A stretch of 64,000 nucleotides of DNA from Escherichia coli (GTDB lineage: Bacteria; Pseudomonadota; Gammaproteobacteria; Enterobacterales; Enterobacteriaceae): assembly GCF_044324785.1 (NCBI RefSeq), contig NZ_CP172127.1. One strand, written 5' to 3'. Below, piece by piece: positions 11,354 to 23,781 of the stretch (positions are counted from its first letter, which is position 1; each line of letters begins with the position of its first letter). The notes beneath the pieces were generated by a model, which ran no database searches, was not told the DNA's origin, and saw nothing but the letters and a program-made list of their open reading frames with translations. The translations under genes and the position numbers were made by a program.

Positions 11354-12573
11354 AAATACTGGTCTACGGCATTAACTACTCGCCGGAGTTAACGGGCATC
11401 GGCAAATACACCGGCGAGATGGTGGAATGGCTTGCGGCACAAGGTCATGAGGTGCGGGTTATTACCGCACCGCCTTACTATCCGCAGTGGCAGGTGGGCG
11501 AGAACTATTCCGCCTGGCGGTACAAACGAGAAGAGGGGGCCGCCACGGTGTGGCGCTGCCCGCTGTACGTGCCAAAACAGCCGAGCACCCTGAAACGCCT
11601 GTTGCATCTCGGCAGTTTTGCCGTCAGCAGTTTTTTCCCGTTGATGGCGCAACGTCGCTGGAAGCCGGATCGCATTATCGGCGTAGTGCCAACGCTGTTT
11701 TGCGCGCCGGGAATGCGCCTTCTGGCGAAGCTCTCTGGTGCGCGTACCGTGCTGCATATTCAGGATTACGAAGTGGACGCCATGCTGGGGCTGGGCCTTG
11801 CCGGAAAAGGCAAAGGCGGCAAAGTGGCTCAGCTGGCAACGGCGTTCGAACGTAGCGGACTGCATAACGTTGATAACGTCTCCACGATTTCGCGTTCGAT
11901 GATGAATAAAGCCATCGAAAAAGGCGTGGCGGCGGAAAACGTCATCTTCTTCCCCAACTGGTCGGAAATCGCCCGTTTTCAACATGTCGCAGAGGCCGAT
12001 GTTGATGCCCTTCGTAACCAGCTTGGCCTGCCGGATAACAAAAAAATCATTCTTTACTCCGGCAATATTGGTGAAAAGCAGGGGCTGGAAAACGTTATTG
12101 AAGCTGCCGATCGCCTGCGCGATGAACCGCTGATTTTTGCCATTGTCGGGCAGGGCGGCGGCAAAGCGCGGCTGGAAAAAATGGCGCAGCAGCGTGGACT
12201 GCGCAACATGCAATTTTTCCCGCTGCAATCGTATGACGCTTTACCCGCACTGCTGAAGATGGGCGATTGCCATCTGGTGGTGCAAAAACGCGGCGCGGCA
12301 GATGCCGTATTGCCGTCGAAACTGACCAATATTCTGGCGGTAGGCGGTAACGCGGTGATTACCGCAGAGGCCCACACAGAACTGGGGCAGCTTTGCGAAA
12401 CCTTTCCGGGCATTGCGGTTTGCGTTGAACCGGAATCGGTCGAGGCGCTGGTGGCGGGGATTCGTCAGGCGCTCCTGCTGCCCAAACACAACACGGTGGC
12501 ACGTGAATATGCCGAACGCACGCTCGATAAAGAGAACGTGTTACGTCAATTTATAAATGATATTCGGGGATAA
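11350..12573 (+). CDS. wcaI: Colanic acid glycosyltransferase WcaI (GT4)
   Basis: 407 aa, matches K-12 WcaI. Confidence 0.9.
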   Translation: MKILVYGINYSPELTGIGKYTGEMVEWLAAQGHEVRVITAPPYYPQWQVGENYSAWRYKREEGAATVWRCPLYVPKQPSTLKRLLHLGSFAVSSFFPLMAQRRWKPDRIIGVVPTLFCAPGMRLLAKLSGARTVLHIQDYEVDAMLGLGLAGKGKGGKVAQLATAFERSGLHNVDNVSTISRSMMNKAIEKGVAAENVIFFPNWSEIARFQHVAEADVDALRNQLGLPDNKKIILYSGNIGEKQGLENVIEAADRLRDEPLIFAIVGQGGGKARLEKMAQQRGLRNMQFFPLQSYDALPALLKMGDCHLVVQKRGAADAVLPSKLTNILAVGGNAVITAEAHTELGQLCETFPGIAVCVEPESVEALVAGIRQALLLPKHNTVAREYAERTLDKENVLRQFINDIRG

Positions 12574-12575
12574 TT

Positions 12576-14012
12576 ATGGCGCAGTCGAAACTCTATCCAG
12601 TTGTGATGGCAGGTGGCTCCGGTAGCCGCTTATGGCCGCTTTCCCGCGTACTTTACCCCAAACAGTTTTTATGCCTGAAAGGCGATCTCACCATGCTGCA
12701 AACCACCATCTGTCGCCTGAATGGCGTGGAGTGCGAAAGCCCGGTGGTGATTTGCAATGAGCAGCACCGCTTTATTGTCGCGGAACAGCTGCGTCAACTG
12801 AACAAACTCACCGAGAACATTATTCTCGAACCGGCAGGGCGTAACACTGCACCTGCCATTGCACTGGCGGCGCTGGCGGCAAAACGTCATAGCCCGGAGA
12901 GCGACCCGTTAATGCTGGTATTGGCGGCGGATCATGTGATTGCCGATGAAGACGCGTTCCGCGCCGCCGTGCGTAATGCCATGCCGTATGCCGAAGCGGG
13001 CAAGCTGGTGACCTTTGGCATTGTGCCGGATCTCCCTGAAACCGGTTATGGCTATATTCGTCGCGGTGAAGTGTCTGCGGGTGAGCAGGATACGGTGGCC
13101 TTTGAAGTGGCGCAGTTTGTCGAAAAACCGAATCTGGAAACCGCTCAGGCCTATGTGGCAAGCGGCGAATATTACTGGAACAGCGGTATGTTCCTGTTCC
13201 GCGCCGAACGCTATCTCGAAGAACTGAAAAAGTATCGTCCGGATATTCTCGATGCCTGCGAAAAAGCGATGAGCGCCGTCGATCCGGATCTCGATTTTAT
13301 TCGCGTGGATGAAGAAGCGTTTCTGGCCTGCCCGGAAGAGTCGGTGGATTACGCAGTCATGGAACGTACGGCAGATGCTGTTGTGGTGCCGATGGATGCG
13401 GGCTGGAGCGATGTCGGTTCCTGGTCTTCATTATGGGAGATCAGCGCCCACACCGCCGAGGGCAACGTTTGCCACGGCGATGTGATTAATCACAAAACTG
13501 AAAACAGCTATGTGTATGCCGAATCTGGCCTGGTCACCACCGTCGGGGTGAAAGATTTGGTGGTAGTGCAGACCAAAGATGCAGTGCTGATTGCCGACCG
13601 TAACGCGGTGCAGGATGTGAAAAAAGTGGTCGAGCAGATCAAAGCCGACGGTCGCCATGAGCATCGGGTGCATCGCGAAGTGTATCGCCCGTGGGGCAAA
13701 TATGACTCTATCGACGCAGGCGACCGCTACCAGGTGAAACGCATCACCGTGAAACCGGGCGAGGGCTTGTCGGTACAGATGCACCATCACCGCGCGGAAC
13801 ACTGGGTGGTTGTCGCAGGAACGGCAAAAGTCACTATTGACGGTGATATCAAACTGCTTGGTGAAAACGAGTCCATTTATATTCCGCTGGGGGCGACGCA
13901 CTGCCTGGAAAACCCGGGGAAAATTCCGCTCGATTTAATTGAAGTGCGCTCCGGGTCTTATCTCGAAGAGGATGATGTGGTGCGCTTCGCGGATCGCTAC
14001 GGACGGGTGTAG
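12576..14012 (+). CDS. cpsB: Mannose-1-phosphate guanylyltransferase
   Basis: 478 aa, matches E. coli CpsB/ManC. Confidence 0.9.
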   Translation: MAQSKLYPVVMAGGSGSRLWPLSRVLYPKQFLCLKGDLTMLQTTICRLNGVECESPVVICNEQHRFIVAEQLRQLNKLTENIILEPAGRNTAPAIALAALAAKRHSPESDPLMLVLAADHVIADEDAFRAAVRNAMPYAEAGKLVTFGIVPDLPETGYGYIRRGEVSAGEQDTVAFEVAQFVEKPNLETAQAYVASGEYYWNSGMFLFRAERYLEELKKYRPDILDACEKAMSAVDPDLDFIRVDEEAFLACPEESVDYAVMERTADAVVVPMDAGWSDVGSWSSLWEISAHTAEGNVCHGDVINHKTENSYVYAESGLVTTVGVKDLVVVQTKDAVLIADRNAVQDVKKVVEQIKADGRHEHRVHREVYRPWGKYDSIDAGDRYQVKRITVKPGEGLSVQMHHHRAEHWVVVAGTAKVTIDGDIKLLGENESIYIPLGATHCLENPGKIPLDLIEVRSGSYLEEDDVVRFADRYGRV

Positions 14013-14113
14013 TAGTTGAATAATCAACCGGATTAATTCTCCGGTAAATAACGACAAAAACAAAATTGGCCGTTTCGGTCAGGGCCAACTACTGCCTGAA
14101 AAAGGGTAACGAT

Positions 14114-15484
14114 ATGAAAAAATTAACCTGCTTTAAAGCCTATGATATTCGCGGGAAATTAGGCGAAGAACTGAATGAAGATATTGCCTGGCGTATTGGG
14201 CGTGCCTATGGCCAATTTCTCAAACCGAAAACCATTGTGTTAGGCGGTGATGTCCGCCTCACCAGCGAAACCTTAAAACTGGCGCTGGCGAAAGGTTTAC
14301 AGGATGCGGGCGTCGATGTGCTGGATATCGGCATGTCCGGCACCGAAGAGATCTATTTCGCCACGTTCCATCTCGGCGTGGATGGCGGCATTGAAGTTAC
14401 CGCCAGCCATAACCCGATGGATTACAACGGCATGAAACTGGTGCGCGAAGGGGCTCGCCCGATCAGCGGCGATACTGGACTGCGCGATGTCCAGCGTCTG
14501 GCAGAAGCCAACGACTTTCCTCCCGTCGATGAAACCAAACGCGGTCGCTATCAGCAAATCAATCTGCGTGGCGCTTACGTTGATCACCTGTTCGGTTATA
14601 TCAACGTCAAAAACCTCACGCCTCTCAAGCTGGTGATCAACTCCGGGAACGGCGCGGCGGGGCCGGTGGTGGACGCCATTGAAGCCCGCTTTAAAGCCCT
14701 CGGCGCACCGGTGGAATTGATCAAAGTGCACAACACGCCCGACGGCAATTTCCCCAACGGTATTCCTAACCCGCTGCTGCCGGAATGTCGCGACGACACC
14801 CGCAATGCGGTCATTAAACACGGCGCGGATATGGGCATTGCTTTTGATGGCGATTTTGACCGCTGTTTCCTGTTTGACGAAAAAGGGCAGTTTATCGAGG
14901 GCTACTACATTGTCGGCTTGCTGGCAGAAGCGTTCCTCGAAAAAAATCCCGGCGCGAAGATCATCCACGATCCACGTCTCTCCTGGAACACCGTTGATGT
15001 GGTGACTGCTGCTGGCGGCACTCCGGTGATGTCGAAAACCGGACACGCCTTTATTAAAGAACGTATGCGCAAGGAAGACGCCATCTACGGTGGCGAAATG
15101 AGCGCTCACCATTACTTCCGTGATTTCGCTTACTGCGACAGCGGCATGATCCCGTGGCTGCTGGTCGCCGAACTGGTATGCCTGAAAGGGAAAACGCTGG
15201 GCGAACTGGTGCGCGACCGGATGGCAGCGTTTCCGGCAAGCGGTGAGATCAACAGCAAACTGGCGCAACCCGTTGAGGCAATTAATCGCGTCGAACAGCA
15301 TTTTAGCCGTGAGGCGCTGGCGGTGGATCGCACCGATGGCATCAGCATGACCTTTGCCGACTGGCGCTTTAACCTGCGCTCCTCCAACACCGAACCGGTG
15401 GTGCGGTTGAATGTGGAATCGCGCGGTGATGTGCCGCTGATGGAAGCGCGAACGCGAACTCTGCTGACGTTGCTGAACGAGTAA
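14114..15484 (+). CDS. cpsG: Phosphomannomutase
   Basis: 456 aa from ATG at 14114 ([14 protein letters not shown]...); TASHNP phosphoserine-loop motif; track ORF at 14066 is an upstream extension. Confidence 0.9.
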   Translation: MKKLTCFKAYDIRGKLGEELNEDIAWRIGRAYGQFLKPKTIVLGGDVRLTSETLKLALAKGLQDAGVDVLDIGMSGTEEIYFATFHLGVDGGIEVTASHNPMDYNGMKLVREGARPISGDTGLRDVQRLAEANDFPPVDETKRGRYQQINLRGAYVDHLFGYINVKNLTPLKLVINSGNGAAGPVVDAIEARFKALGAPVELIKVHNTPDGNFPNGIPNPLLPECRDDTRNAVIKHGADMGIAFDGDFDRCFLFDEKGQFIEGYYIVGLLAEAFLEKNPGAKIIHDPRLSWNTVDVVTAAGGTPVMSKTGHAFIKERMRKEDAIYGGEMSAHHYFRDFAYCDSGMIPWLLVAELVCLKGKTLGELVRDRMAAFPASGEINSKLAQPVEAINRVEQHFSREALAVDRTDGISMTFADWRFNLRSSNTEPVVRLNVESRGDVPLMEARTRTLLTLLNE

Positions 15485-15538
15485 TGTCGGATCTTCCCTT
15501 ACCCCACTGCGGGTAAGGGGCTAATAACAGGAACAACG

Positions 15539-16933
15539 ATGACAAATCTAAAAAAGCGCGAGCGAGCGAAAACCAATGCATCGTTAATCTCTATGGTGCA
15601 ACGCTTTTCAGATATCACCATCATGTTTGCCGGACTATGGCTGGTTTGCGAAGTCAGCGGACTGTCATTCCTCTACATGCACCTGTTGGTGGCGTTGATT
15701 ACGCTGGTGGTGTTCCAGATGCTGGGCGGCATCACCGATTTTTATCGCTCATGGCGCGGTGTTCGGGCAGCGACAGAATTTGCCCTGTTGCTACAAAACT
15801 GGACCTTAAGCGTGATTTTCAGCGCCGGACTGGTGGCGTTCAACAATGATTTCGATACGCAACTGAAAATCTGGCTGGCGTGGTATGGGCTGACCAGCAT
15901 CGGACTGGTGGTTTGCCGTTCATGTATTCGCATTGGGGCGGGCTGGCTGCGTAATCATGGCTATAACAAGCGTATGGTCGCCGTAGCGGGGGATTTAGCC
16001 GCCGGACAAATGCTGATGGAGAGCTTCCGTAATCAGCCGTGGTTAGGGTTTGAAGTGGTGGGCGTATACCACGACCCAAAACCGGGCGGCGTTTCTAACG
16101 ACTGGGCGGGCAATCTGCAACAGCTGGTAGAGGATGCAAAAGCGGGCAAGATTCATAACGTCTATATCGCGATGCAGATGTGCGACGGCGCGCGAGTGAA
16201 AAAACTGGTCCATCAACTGGCGGACACCACCTGTTCGGTGCTGCTGATCCCCGATGTCTTTACCTTCAACATTCTCCATTCCCGTATCGAAGAGATGAAC
16301 GGCGTACCGGTGGTGCCGCTTTACGACACTCCGCTTTCCGGGGTTAACCGCCTGCTCAAACGTGCGGAAGATATTGTGCTGGCAACGCTGATCCTGCTGC
16401 TGATCTCCCCGGTGCTGTGCTGCATTGCGCTGGCGGTGAAACTCAGTTCATCTGGGCCGGTTATTTTCCGCCAGACTCGCTACGGCATGGACGGCAAGCC
16501 GATCAAAGTGTGGAAGTTCCGTTCCATGAAAGTGATGGAGAACGACAAAGTGGTGACTCAGGCGACGCAGAACGATCCGCGCGTCACCAAAGTGGGGAAC
16601 TTTCTGCGCCGCACCTCGCTGGATGAATTGCCGCAGTTTATCAATGTGCTGACCGGGGGGATGTCGATTGTCGGTCCACGTCCGCACGCGGTAGCGCATA
16701 ACGAACAGTATCGCCAGCTCATTGAAGGCTACATGCTGCGCCATAAAGTGAAACCGGGCATTACCGGCTGGGCGCAGATTAATGGCTGGCGCGGCGAAAC
16801 CGACACGCTGGAGAAAATGGAAAAACGCGTCGAGTTCGACCTTGAGTACATCCGCGAGTGGAGCGTCTGGTTCGATATCAAAATCGTTTTCCTGACGGTA
16901 TTCAAAGGCTTCGTTAACAAAGCGGCATATTGA
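15539..16933 (+). CDS. wcaJ: Undecaprenyl-phosphate glucose-1-phosphate transferase WcaJ (colanic acid initiating enzyme)
   Basis: 464 aa, N-terminal TM segments plus C-terminal sugar-phosphate transferase domain; matches K-12 WcaJ. Confidence 0.9.
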   Translation: MTNLKKRERAKTNASLISMVQRFSDITIMFAGLWLVCEVSGLSFLYMHLLVALITLVVFQMLGGITDFYRSWRGVRAATEFALLLQNWTLSVIFSAGLVAFNNDFDTQLKIWLAWYGLTSIGLVVCRSCIRIGAGWLRNHGYNKRMVAVAGDLAAGQMLMESFRNQPWLGFEVVGVYHDPKPGGVSNDWAGNLQQLVEDAKAGKIHNVYIAMQMCDGARVKKLVHQLADTTCSVLLIPDVFTFNILHSRIEEMNGVPVVPLYDTPLSGVNRLLKRAEDIVLATLILLLISPVLCCIALAVKLSSSGPVIFRQTRYGMDGKPIKVWKFRSMKVMENDKVVTQATQNDPRVTKVGNFLRRTSLDELPQFINVLTGGMSIVGPRPHAVAHNEQYRQLIEGYMLRHKVKPGITGWAQINGWRGETDTLEKMEKRVEFDLEYIREWSVWFDIKIVFLTVFKGFVNKAAY

Positions 16934-16934
16934 T

Positions 16935-18413
16935 ATGAGCTTACGTGAAAAAACCATCAGCGGCGCGAAGTGGTCGGCGATTGCCACGGTGATCATCATC
17001 GGCCTCGGGCTGGTGCAGATGACCGTGCTGGCACGGATTATCGACAACCACCAGTTCGGTTTGCTTACCGTGTCGCTGGTGATCATCGCGCTGGCAGATA
17101 CGCTTTCTGACTTCGGTATCGCTAACTCGATTATTCAGCGAAAAGAAATCAGCCACCTTGAACTCACCACGCTGTACTGGCTGAACGTCGGGCTGGGGCT
17201 TGTGGTGTGTGTGGCGGTGTTTTTGTTGAGTGATCTCATCGGCGACGTGCTGAATAACCCGGACCTGGCACCGTTGATTAAAACATTGTCGCTGGCGTTT
17301 GTGGTGATCCCCCACGGGCAGCAGTTCCGCGCGTTGATGCAAAAGGAACTGGAGTTCAACAAAATCGGCATGATCGAAACCAGCGCGGTGCTGGCGGGCT
17401 TCACTTTTACTGTGGTTAGCGCCCATTTCTGGCCGCTGGCGATGACCGCGATCCTCGGTTATCTGGTCAATAGTGCGGTAAGAACGCTGCTGTTTGGCTA
17501 CTTTGGCCGCAAAATTTATCGCCCCGGTCTGCATTTCTCGCTGGCGTCGGTGGCACCAAACTTACGCTTTGGTGCCTGGCTGACGGCGGACAGCATCATC
17601 AACTATCTCAACACCAACCTTTCAACGCTGGTGCTGGCGCGTATTCTCGGCGCGGGCGTGGCAGGGGGATACAACCTGGCGTACAACGTGGCCGTTGTGC
17701 CGCCGATGAAGCTGAACCCAATCATCACCCGCGTGTTGTTTCCGGCATTTGCCAAAATTCAGGACGACACCGAAAAGCTGCGCGTCAACTTCTACAAGCT
17801 GCTGTCGGTGGTGGGGATTATCAACTTTCCGGCGCTGCTGGGGCTGATGGTGGTGTCGAATAACTTTGTACCGCTGGTCTTTGGTGAGAAGTGGAACAGC
17901 ATTATTCCGGTGCTGCAATTGCTGTGTGTGGTGGGTCTGCTGCGTTCTGTGGGTAACCCGATTGGTTCGCTGCTGATGGCGAAAGCGCGGGTCGATATCA
18001 GCTTTAAATTCAACGTATTCAAAACCTTTCTGTTTATTCCGGCGATTGTTATTGGTGGGCAGATGGCGGGCGCAATCGGCGTCACGCTCGGTTTCCTGCT
18101 GGTGCAGATTATCAACACCATTCTGAGTTACTTCGTGATGATTAAACCGGTGCTCGGTTCCAGTTATCGCCAGTACATCCTCAGTTTGTGGCTGCCGTTT
18201 TATCTCTCGCTGCCGACGCTGGTGGTCAGTTATGCGCTGGGCATTGTGCTGAAAGGGCAACTGGCGCTGGGGATGCTGCTGGCGGTGCAAATAGCCGCGG
18301 GCGTGCTGGCGTTTGTAGTGATGATTGTGCTGTCGCGCCATCCGCTGGTGGTGGAAGTAAAGCGTCAGTTTTGTCGCAGCGAAAAAATGAAAATGCTTTT
18401 ACGGGCGGGGTGA
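16935..18413 (+). CDS. wzxC: Colanic acid repeat-unit flippase WzxC
   Basis: 492 aa multi-TM protein, matches K-12 WzxC. Confidence 0.9.
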   Translation: MSLREKTISGAKWSAIATVIIIGLGLVQMTVLARIIDNHQFGLLTVSLVIIALADTLSDFGIANSIIQRKEISHLELTTLYWLNVGLGLVVCVAVFLLSDLIGDVLNNPDLAPLIKTLSLAFVVIPHGQQFRALMQKELEFNKIGMIETSAVLAGFTFTVVSAHFWPLAMTAILGYLVNSAVRTLLFGYFGRKIYRPGLHFSLASVAPNLRFGAWLTADSIINYLNTNLSTLVLARILGAGVAGGYNLAYNVAVVPPMKLNPIITRVLFPAFAKIQDDTEKLRVNFYKLLSVVGIINFPALLGLMVVSNNFVPLVFGEKWNSIIPVLQLLCVVGLLRSVGNPIGSLLMAKARVDISFKFNVFKTFLFIPAIVIGGQMAGAIGVTLGFLLVQIINTILSYFVMIKPVLGSSYRQYILSLWLPFYLSLPTLVVSYALGIVLKGQLALGMLLAVQIAAGVLAFVVMIVLSRHPLVVEVKRQFCRSEKMKMLLRAG

Positions 18414-18483
18414 ATGGCTGTTTTCGGTTCCGGCAACGAAAACAACAACTAACCTCACCTGGCATCAAATTTATGAGGAAAAA

Positions 18484-19764
18484 ATGAAATTACTTATTCT
18501 GGGCAACCACACTTGCGGCAATCGTGGCGACAGCGCCATCTTGCGCGGCTTACTTGATGCCATCAACATCCTCAATCCACACGCCGAAGTGGACGTGATG
18601 AGCCGCTATCCGGTCAGTTCTTCCTGGCTACTCAACCGCCCGGTAATGGGCGATCCTCTGTTCCTGCAAATGAAACAACACAACAGCGCGGCGGGCGTTG
18701 TCGGGCGCATTAAAAAAGTCCTCCGTCGCCGCTACCAGCATCAGGTATTGCTCTCACGCGTCACTGACACTGGCAAGCTGCGTAATATCGCCATCGCCCA
18801 GGGATTCACTGACTTCGTGCGCCTGCTGTCAGGTTACGACGCCATTATTCAGGTCGGCGGATCGTTTTTTGTCGATCTCTATGGCGTGCCGCAGTTTGAA
18901 CATGCGCTTTGCACATTTATGGCGAAAAAACCGCTGTTTATGATTGGTCACAGCGTCGGCCCCTTCCAGGATGAGCAATTTAACCAACTGGCGAACTATG
19001 TCTTTGGTCATTGCGACGCGCTGATCCTGCGCGAATCGGTCAGCCTTGATTTGATGAAACGCAGCAATATCACTACCGCAAAAGTTGAACATGGCGTCGA
19101 TACCGCGTGGCTGGTCGATCACCACACCGAAGACTTCACCGCCAGCTATGCCGTTCAACATTGGCTGGACGTTGCCGCACAACAGAAAACGGTGGCCATT
19201 ACCCTGCGCGAACTGGCACCGTTCGACAAACGCCTCGGCACCACTCAACAAGCGTATGAAAAAGCCTTTGCCGGGGTGGTCAATCGCATTCTCGACGAAG
19301 GCTATCAGGTCATTGCGCTCTCCACCTGTACGGGCATTGACAGCTATAACAAAGACGACCGCATGGTGGCGCTCAACCTGCGCCAGCACATCAGCGATCC
19401 TGCCCGTTACCACGTAGTGATGGATGAACTCAACGATCTGGAAATGGGCAAAATTCTCGGTGCCTGTGAACTCACCGTCGGTACGCGCCTGCACTCGGCT
19501 ATTATCTCGATGAACTTTGCCACTCCGGCGATTGCCATCAACTATGAACATAAATCCGCCGGGATTATGCAGCAGCTGGGACTGCCAGAGATGGCGATTG
19601 ATATCCGTCATTTACTGGACGGCAGTTTGCAAGCGATGGTTGCGGATACCTTAGGCCAGCTTCCGGCGCTGAACGCGCGACTTAACGAAGCCGTCAGTCG
19701 CGAACGTCAGACGGGAATGCGGATGGTGCAATCTGTGCTTGAGCGCATCGGGGAGGTGAAATGA
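18484..19764 (+). CDS. wcaK: Colanic acid pyruvyl transferase WcaK
   Basis: 426 aa, matches K-12 WcaK. Confidence 0.85.
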   Translation: MKLLILGNHTCGNRGDSAILRGLLDAINILNPHAEVDVMSRYPVSSSWLLNRPVMGDPLFLQMKQHNSAAGVVGRIKKVLRRRYQHQVLLSRVTDTGKLRNIAIAQGFTDFVRLLSGYDAIIQVGGSFFVDLYGVPQFEHALCTFMAKKPLFMIGHSVGPFQDEQFNQLANYVFGHCDALILRESVSLDLMKRSNITTAKVEHGVDTAWLVDHHTEDFTASYAVQHWLDVAAQQKTVAITLRELAPFDKRLGTTQQAYEKAFAGVVNRILDEGYQVIALSTCTGIDSYNKDDRMVALNLRQHISDPARYHVVMDELNDLEMGKILGACELTVGTRLHSAIISMNFATPAIAINYEHKSAGIMQQLGLPEMAIDIRHLLDGSLQAMVADTLGQLPALNARLNEAVSRERQTGMRMVQSVLERIGEVK

Positions 19765-20981
19765 AGGTCGGCTTCTTCTTATTGAAATTCCCGCTGTCGT
19801 CGGAAACCTTCGTCCTCAATCAAATTACCGCGTTTATTGATATGGGCTTTGAGGTGGAGATTGTCGCGCTGCAAAAAGGCGACACCCAGAACACCCACGC
19901 GGCATGGACGAAATACAACCTTGCCGCCAGAACCCGCTGGTTACAGGACGAACCTACGGGCAAAGTGGCGAAACTGCGCCACCGCGCCAGCCAGACCTTA
20001 CGCGGCATTCATCGTAAAAATACCTGGCAGGCGCTCAACCTCAAACGCTATGGTGCCGAGTCGCGGAACCTGATTTTATCTGCCATTTGCGGCCAGGTCG
20101 CAACACCGTTTCATGCCGATGTCTTTATCGCTCATTTTGGCCCTGCGGGGGTAACCGCAGCAAAACTACGGGAACTGGGTGTCATTCGCGGCAAAATTGC
20201 CACCATCTTCCACGGCATTGATATCTCCAGTCGGGAAGTGCTCAACCACTACACCCCCGAATATCAACAACTGTTTCGCCGTGGCGATTTGATGCTACCG
20301 ATAAGCGATCTGTGGGCCGGAAGGCTGCAAAAAATGGGCTGCCCGAGGGAAAAAATTGCCGTATCGCGTATGGGCGTGGACATGACGCGCTTTAGCCCGC
20401 GTCCGGTGAAAGCGCCCGCAACGCCGCTGGAAATCATCTCCGTCGCACGCTTAACCGAGAAAAAAGGCCTGCATGTGGCGATTGAAGCCTGCCGTCAGTT
20501 GAAAGAGCAGGGCGTGGCATTTCGCTATCGCATCCTCGGCATTGGCCCGTGGGAACGACGCCTGCGCACCCTCATCGAACAATATCAACTGGAAGATGTG
20601 GTGGAGATGCCGGGCTTTAAACCGAGCCATGAAGTGAAAGCGATGCTCGACGACGCGGATGTCTTCCTGTTGCCATCGGTTACAGGTGCGGATGGTGATA
20701 TGGAAGGCATTCCGGTGGCGCTAATGGAAGCGATGGCGGTCGGTATTCCGGTGGTTTCTACTCTGCATAGCGGAATTCCTGAACTGGTGGAGGCCGATAA
20801 ATCCGGCTGGCTGGTGCCTGAGAACGATGCTCGAGCACTGGCGCAACGACTGGCGGCGTTTAGCCAACTGGACACCGACGAACTGGCTCCGGTCGTCAAA
20901 CGTGCGCGCGATAAAGTCGAACATGATTTTAACCAGCAGGTGATCAATCGAGAACTCGCCAGCTTGCTGCAGGCTTTATAG
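19761..20981 (+). CDS. wcaL: Colanic acid glycosyltransferase WcaL (GT4)
   Basis: 406 aa, matches K-12 WcaL; 4-nt overlap with wcaK. Confidence 0.85.
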   Translation: MKVGFFLLKFPLSSETFVLNQITAFIDMGFEVEIVALQKGDTQNTHAAWTKYNLAARTRWLQDEPTGKVAKLRHRASQTLRGIHRKNTWQALNLKRYGAESRNLILSAICGQVATPFHADVFIAHFGPAGVTAAKLRELGVIRGKIATIFHGIDISSREVLNHYTPEYQQLFRRGDLMLPISDLWAGRLQKMGCPREKIAVSRMGVDMTRFSPRPVKAPATPLEIISVARLTEKKGLHVAIEACRQLKEQGVAFRYRILGIGPWERRLRTLIEQYQLEDVVEMPGFKPSHEVKAMLDDADVFLLPSVTGADGDMEGIPVALMEAMAVGIPVVSTLHSGIPELVEADKSGWLVPENDARALAQRLAAFSQLDTDELAPVVKRARDKVEHDFNQQVINRELASLLQAL

Positions 20982-20991
20982 AGGAGAACGC

Positions 20992-22386
20992 ATGCCATTT
21001 AAAAAACTCTCCCGACGCACCTTCCTGACGGCAAGTTCCGCGCTTGCCTTCCTCCATACCCCTTTTGCCCGTGCACTTCCCGCCCGACAAATCGTTAACA
21101 TTAACGACTACAACCCACACGACTGGATCGCCTCATTTAAACAAGCCTTCAGCGAAGGGCAAACGGTCGTCGTGCCTGCCGGATTGGTTTGTGAAAATAT
21201 CAACACCGGCATCTTCATTCCTCCTGGCAAAACGTTACACATCCTTGGAAGCCTGCGCGGCAACGGCAGAGGGCGTTTTGTCTTACAAGACGGCAGCCAG
21301 GTGACAGGGGAGAGGGGCGGCCGTATGCATAACATCACCCTGGATGTGCGCGGTTCTGACTGCACCATTAAAGGGTTGGCGATGAGCGGTTTTGGCCCGG
21401 TAACGCAGATTTATATCGGCGGCAAAAATAAACGCGTCATGCGCAACTTGACCATCGATAACCTGACCGTCAGCCACGCTAATTACGCCATTTTACGCCA
21501 GGGATTTCATAACCAGATTATCGGTGCCAACATCACCAACTGTAAGTTCAGCGACTTACAGGGCGACGCTATTGAATGGAATGTGGCAATTCACGACAGT
21601 GATATTTTGATATCCGACCATCTCATTGAGCGCATTAACTGTACCAACGGCAAAATCAACTGGGGCATCGGCATAGGCCTTGCGGGAAGTACCTACGATA
21701 ATAATTATCCGGAAAACCAGGCAGTGAAAAACTTTGTCGTGGCGAATATCACGGGATCAGATTGTCGGCAACTGATCCATGTTGAAAATGGTAAACATTT
21801 TGTTATCCGTAATATCAAAGCTCGTAATATCACGCCGGATTTCAGTAAGAAAGCAGGTATTGATAACGCCACAGTTGCTATTTATGGTTGTGACAACTTT
21901 GTGATTGATAATATTGAAATGATTAATAGTGCCGGGATGTTAATCGGCTATGGGGTAATTAAAGGCAAATATCTCTCGATACCGCAGAATTTCCGGGTGA
22001 ATAATATTCAACTGGATAATACTCATCTTGCTTATAAATTGCGCGGCATTCAAATCTCCGCCGGGAATGCTCTCTCCTTTGTGGCGCTGACTAACATTGA
22101 GATGAAGCGTGCCTCGCTTGAGCTACACAATAAACCGCAACACCTTTTTATGCGTAATATCAAGGTGATGCAGGAATCCTCAGTTGGACCCGCATTGAGC
22201 ATGAACTTCGACATGCGCAAAGACGTTCGCGGCGTGTTTATGGCGAAAAAAGAAACACTGCTATCTCTTGCAAATGTTCATGCGGTGAATGAAAAAGGAC
22301 AAAGCTCCGTCGATTTCGACAGGGTTAATCACCATATTGTTAATGTGGAAAAGATTAACTTTAGATTGCCGGAACGGAGGGAGTAG
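20992..22386 (+). CDS. wcaM: Colanic acid biosynthesis protein WcaM
   Basis: 464 aa with N-terminal signal-like sequence; matches K-12 WcaM; last gene of the cluster. Confidence 0.85.
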   Translation: MPFKKLSRRTFLTASSALAFLHTPFARALPARQIVNINDYNPHDWIASFKQAFSEGQTVVVPAGLVCENINTGIFIPPGKTLHILGSLRGNGRGRFVLQDGSQVTGERGGRMHNITLDVRGSDCTIKGLAMSGFGPVTQIYIGGKNKRVMRNLTIDNLTVSHANYAILRQGFHNQIIGANITNCKFSDLQGDAIEWNVAIHDSDILISDHLIERINCTNGKINWGIGIGLAGSTYDNNYPENQAVKNFVVANITGSDCRQLIHVENGKHFVIRNIKARNITPDFSKKAGIDNATVAIYGCDNFVIDNIEMINSAGMLIGYGVIKGKYLSIPQNFRVNNIQLDNTHLAYKLRGIQISAGNALSFVALTNIEMKRASLELHNKPQHLFMRNIKVMQESSVGPALSMNFDMRKDVRGVFMAKKETLLSLANVHAVNEKGQSSVDFDRVNHHIVNVEKINFRLPERRE

Positions 22387-22543
22387 ATTTACGACCATTC
22401 ATAAACTTACTGGATATAATGTTCTAAAAGATTATAATCCTCACACTAACTGTTAAAGCTGGGACTGGGCAGCATTGACTACTCAGGGAAGGTACTCATC
22501 TTTATCTTGTGTTTCTTACGTAACAACCAGACTAAAGTGATTT

Positions 22544-23539
22544 ATGAACGATAACGTTTTGCTCATAGGAGCTTCCGGATTCGTAGGAACCCGACTACTT
22601 GAAACGGCAATTGCTGACTTTAATATCAAGAACCTGGACAAACAGCAGAGCCACTTTTATCCAGAAATCACACAGATTGGCGATGTTCGCGATCAACAGG
22701 CTCTCGACCAGGCGTTAGCCGGTTTTGACACTGTTGTACTACTGGCAGCGGAACACCGCGACGACGTCAGCCCTACTTCTCTCTATTATGATGTCAACGT
22801 TCAGGGTACCCGCAATGTGCTGGCGGCCATGGAAAAAAATGGCGTTAAAAATATCATCTTTACCAGTTCCGTTGCTGTTTATGGTTTGAACAAACACAAC
22901 CCTGATGAAAACCATCCACACGATCCTTTCAACCACTACGGCAAAAGTAAGTGGCAGGCAGAGGAAGTGCTGCGTGAATGGTATAACAAAGCACCAACAG
23001 AACGTTCATTAACCATCATCCGTCCTACCGTTATCTTCGGTGAACGCAACCGCGGTAACGTCTATAACTTGCTGAAACAGATCGCTGGCGGCAAGTTTAT
23101 GATGGTGGGCGCAGGGACTAACTATAAGTCCATGGCTTATGTTGGAAACATTGTTGAGTTTATCAAGCACAAACTGAAGAATGTTGCCGCAGGTTATGAG
23201 GTTTATAACTACGTTGATAAGCCAGACCTGAACATGAACCAGTTGGTTGCTGAAGTTGAACAAAGCCTGAACAAAAAGATCCCTTCTATGCACTTGCCTT
23301 ACCCACTAGGAATGCTGGGTGGATATTGCTTTGATATCCTGAGCAAAATTACGGGCAAAAAATACGCTGTCAGCTCAGTGCGCGTGAAAAAATTCTGCGC
23401 AACAACACAGTTTGACGCAACGAAAGTGCATTCTTCAGGTTTTGTGGCACCGTATACGCTGTCGCAAGGTCTGGATCGAACTCTGCAGTATGAATTCGTT
23501 CATGCCAAAAAAGACGACATAACGTTTGTTTCTGAGTAA
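22544..23539 (+). CDS. gne: NAD-dependent epimerase of the Gne/Z3206 type (UDP-GlcNAc or Und-PP-GlcNAc 4-epimerase)
   Basis: 331 aa SDR with N-terminal GASGFVG motif; location between wcaM and galF as in O55/O86/O157-type strains; GC content lower than flanking core genes. Confidence 0.8.
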   Translation: MNDNVLLIGASGFVGTRLLETAIADFNIKNLDKQQSHFYPEITQIGDVRDQQALDQALAGFDTVVLLAAEHRDDVSPTSLYYDVNVQGTRNVLAAMEKNGVKNIIFTSSVAVYGLNKHNPDENHPHDPFNHYGKSKWQAEEVLREWYNKAPTERSLTIIRPTVIFGERNRGNVYNLLKQIAGGKFMMVGAGTNYKSMAYVGNIVEFIKHKLKNVAAGYEVYNYVDKPDLNMNQLVAEVEQSLNKKIPSMHLPYPLGMLGGYCFDILSKITGKKYAVSSVRVKKFCATTQFDATKVHSSGFVAPYTLSQGLDRTLQYEFVHAKKDDITFVSE

Positions 23540-23781
23540 TGCAGACGAGTCAGAGAAAAAAGGACCAGGTTGGACTACGATTATTCGGAAAGAGGTACTG
23601 ATTAAATTATCAGTATGCGGAATTCCGAGTAATCCGAGTAACCCAGATGCTGATGGTGTGTAGTGTTATCCTAAGGTTTAAGCAAAGTTATGCGGAACTA
23701 AGCTTTGGTATATAGCCATAACGTTTGGCTAACCTATGGCAATAATTTACGCACTATCAGCCACTTAGAGGTAGGAAAAGA

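Noticed and set aside
9073-15301. Several long antisense ORFs inside gmd, wcaI and cpsG (for example 9073..9870, 11389..12228, 14297..15301)
   Set aside because: They overlap well-supported sense genes across their whole length and are typical stop-poor antisense frames in GC-rich coding DNA.
16941-18341. Minus-strand ORFs (16941..17534, 17622..18341) inside wzxC
   Set aside because: Low-complexity, Arg/His/Gln-rich antisense translations of a membrane-protein gene; not credible as proteins.
23540-23781. Short tandem-like motif (gtaatccgagtaacc...) in the gne-galF intergenic region
   Set aside because: Only about two imperfect copies; no spacer/repeat periodicity, so not a CRISPR array or a clear regulatory repeat.
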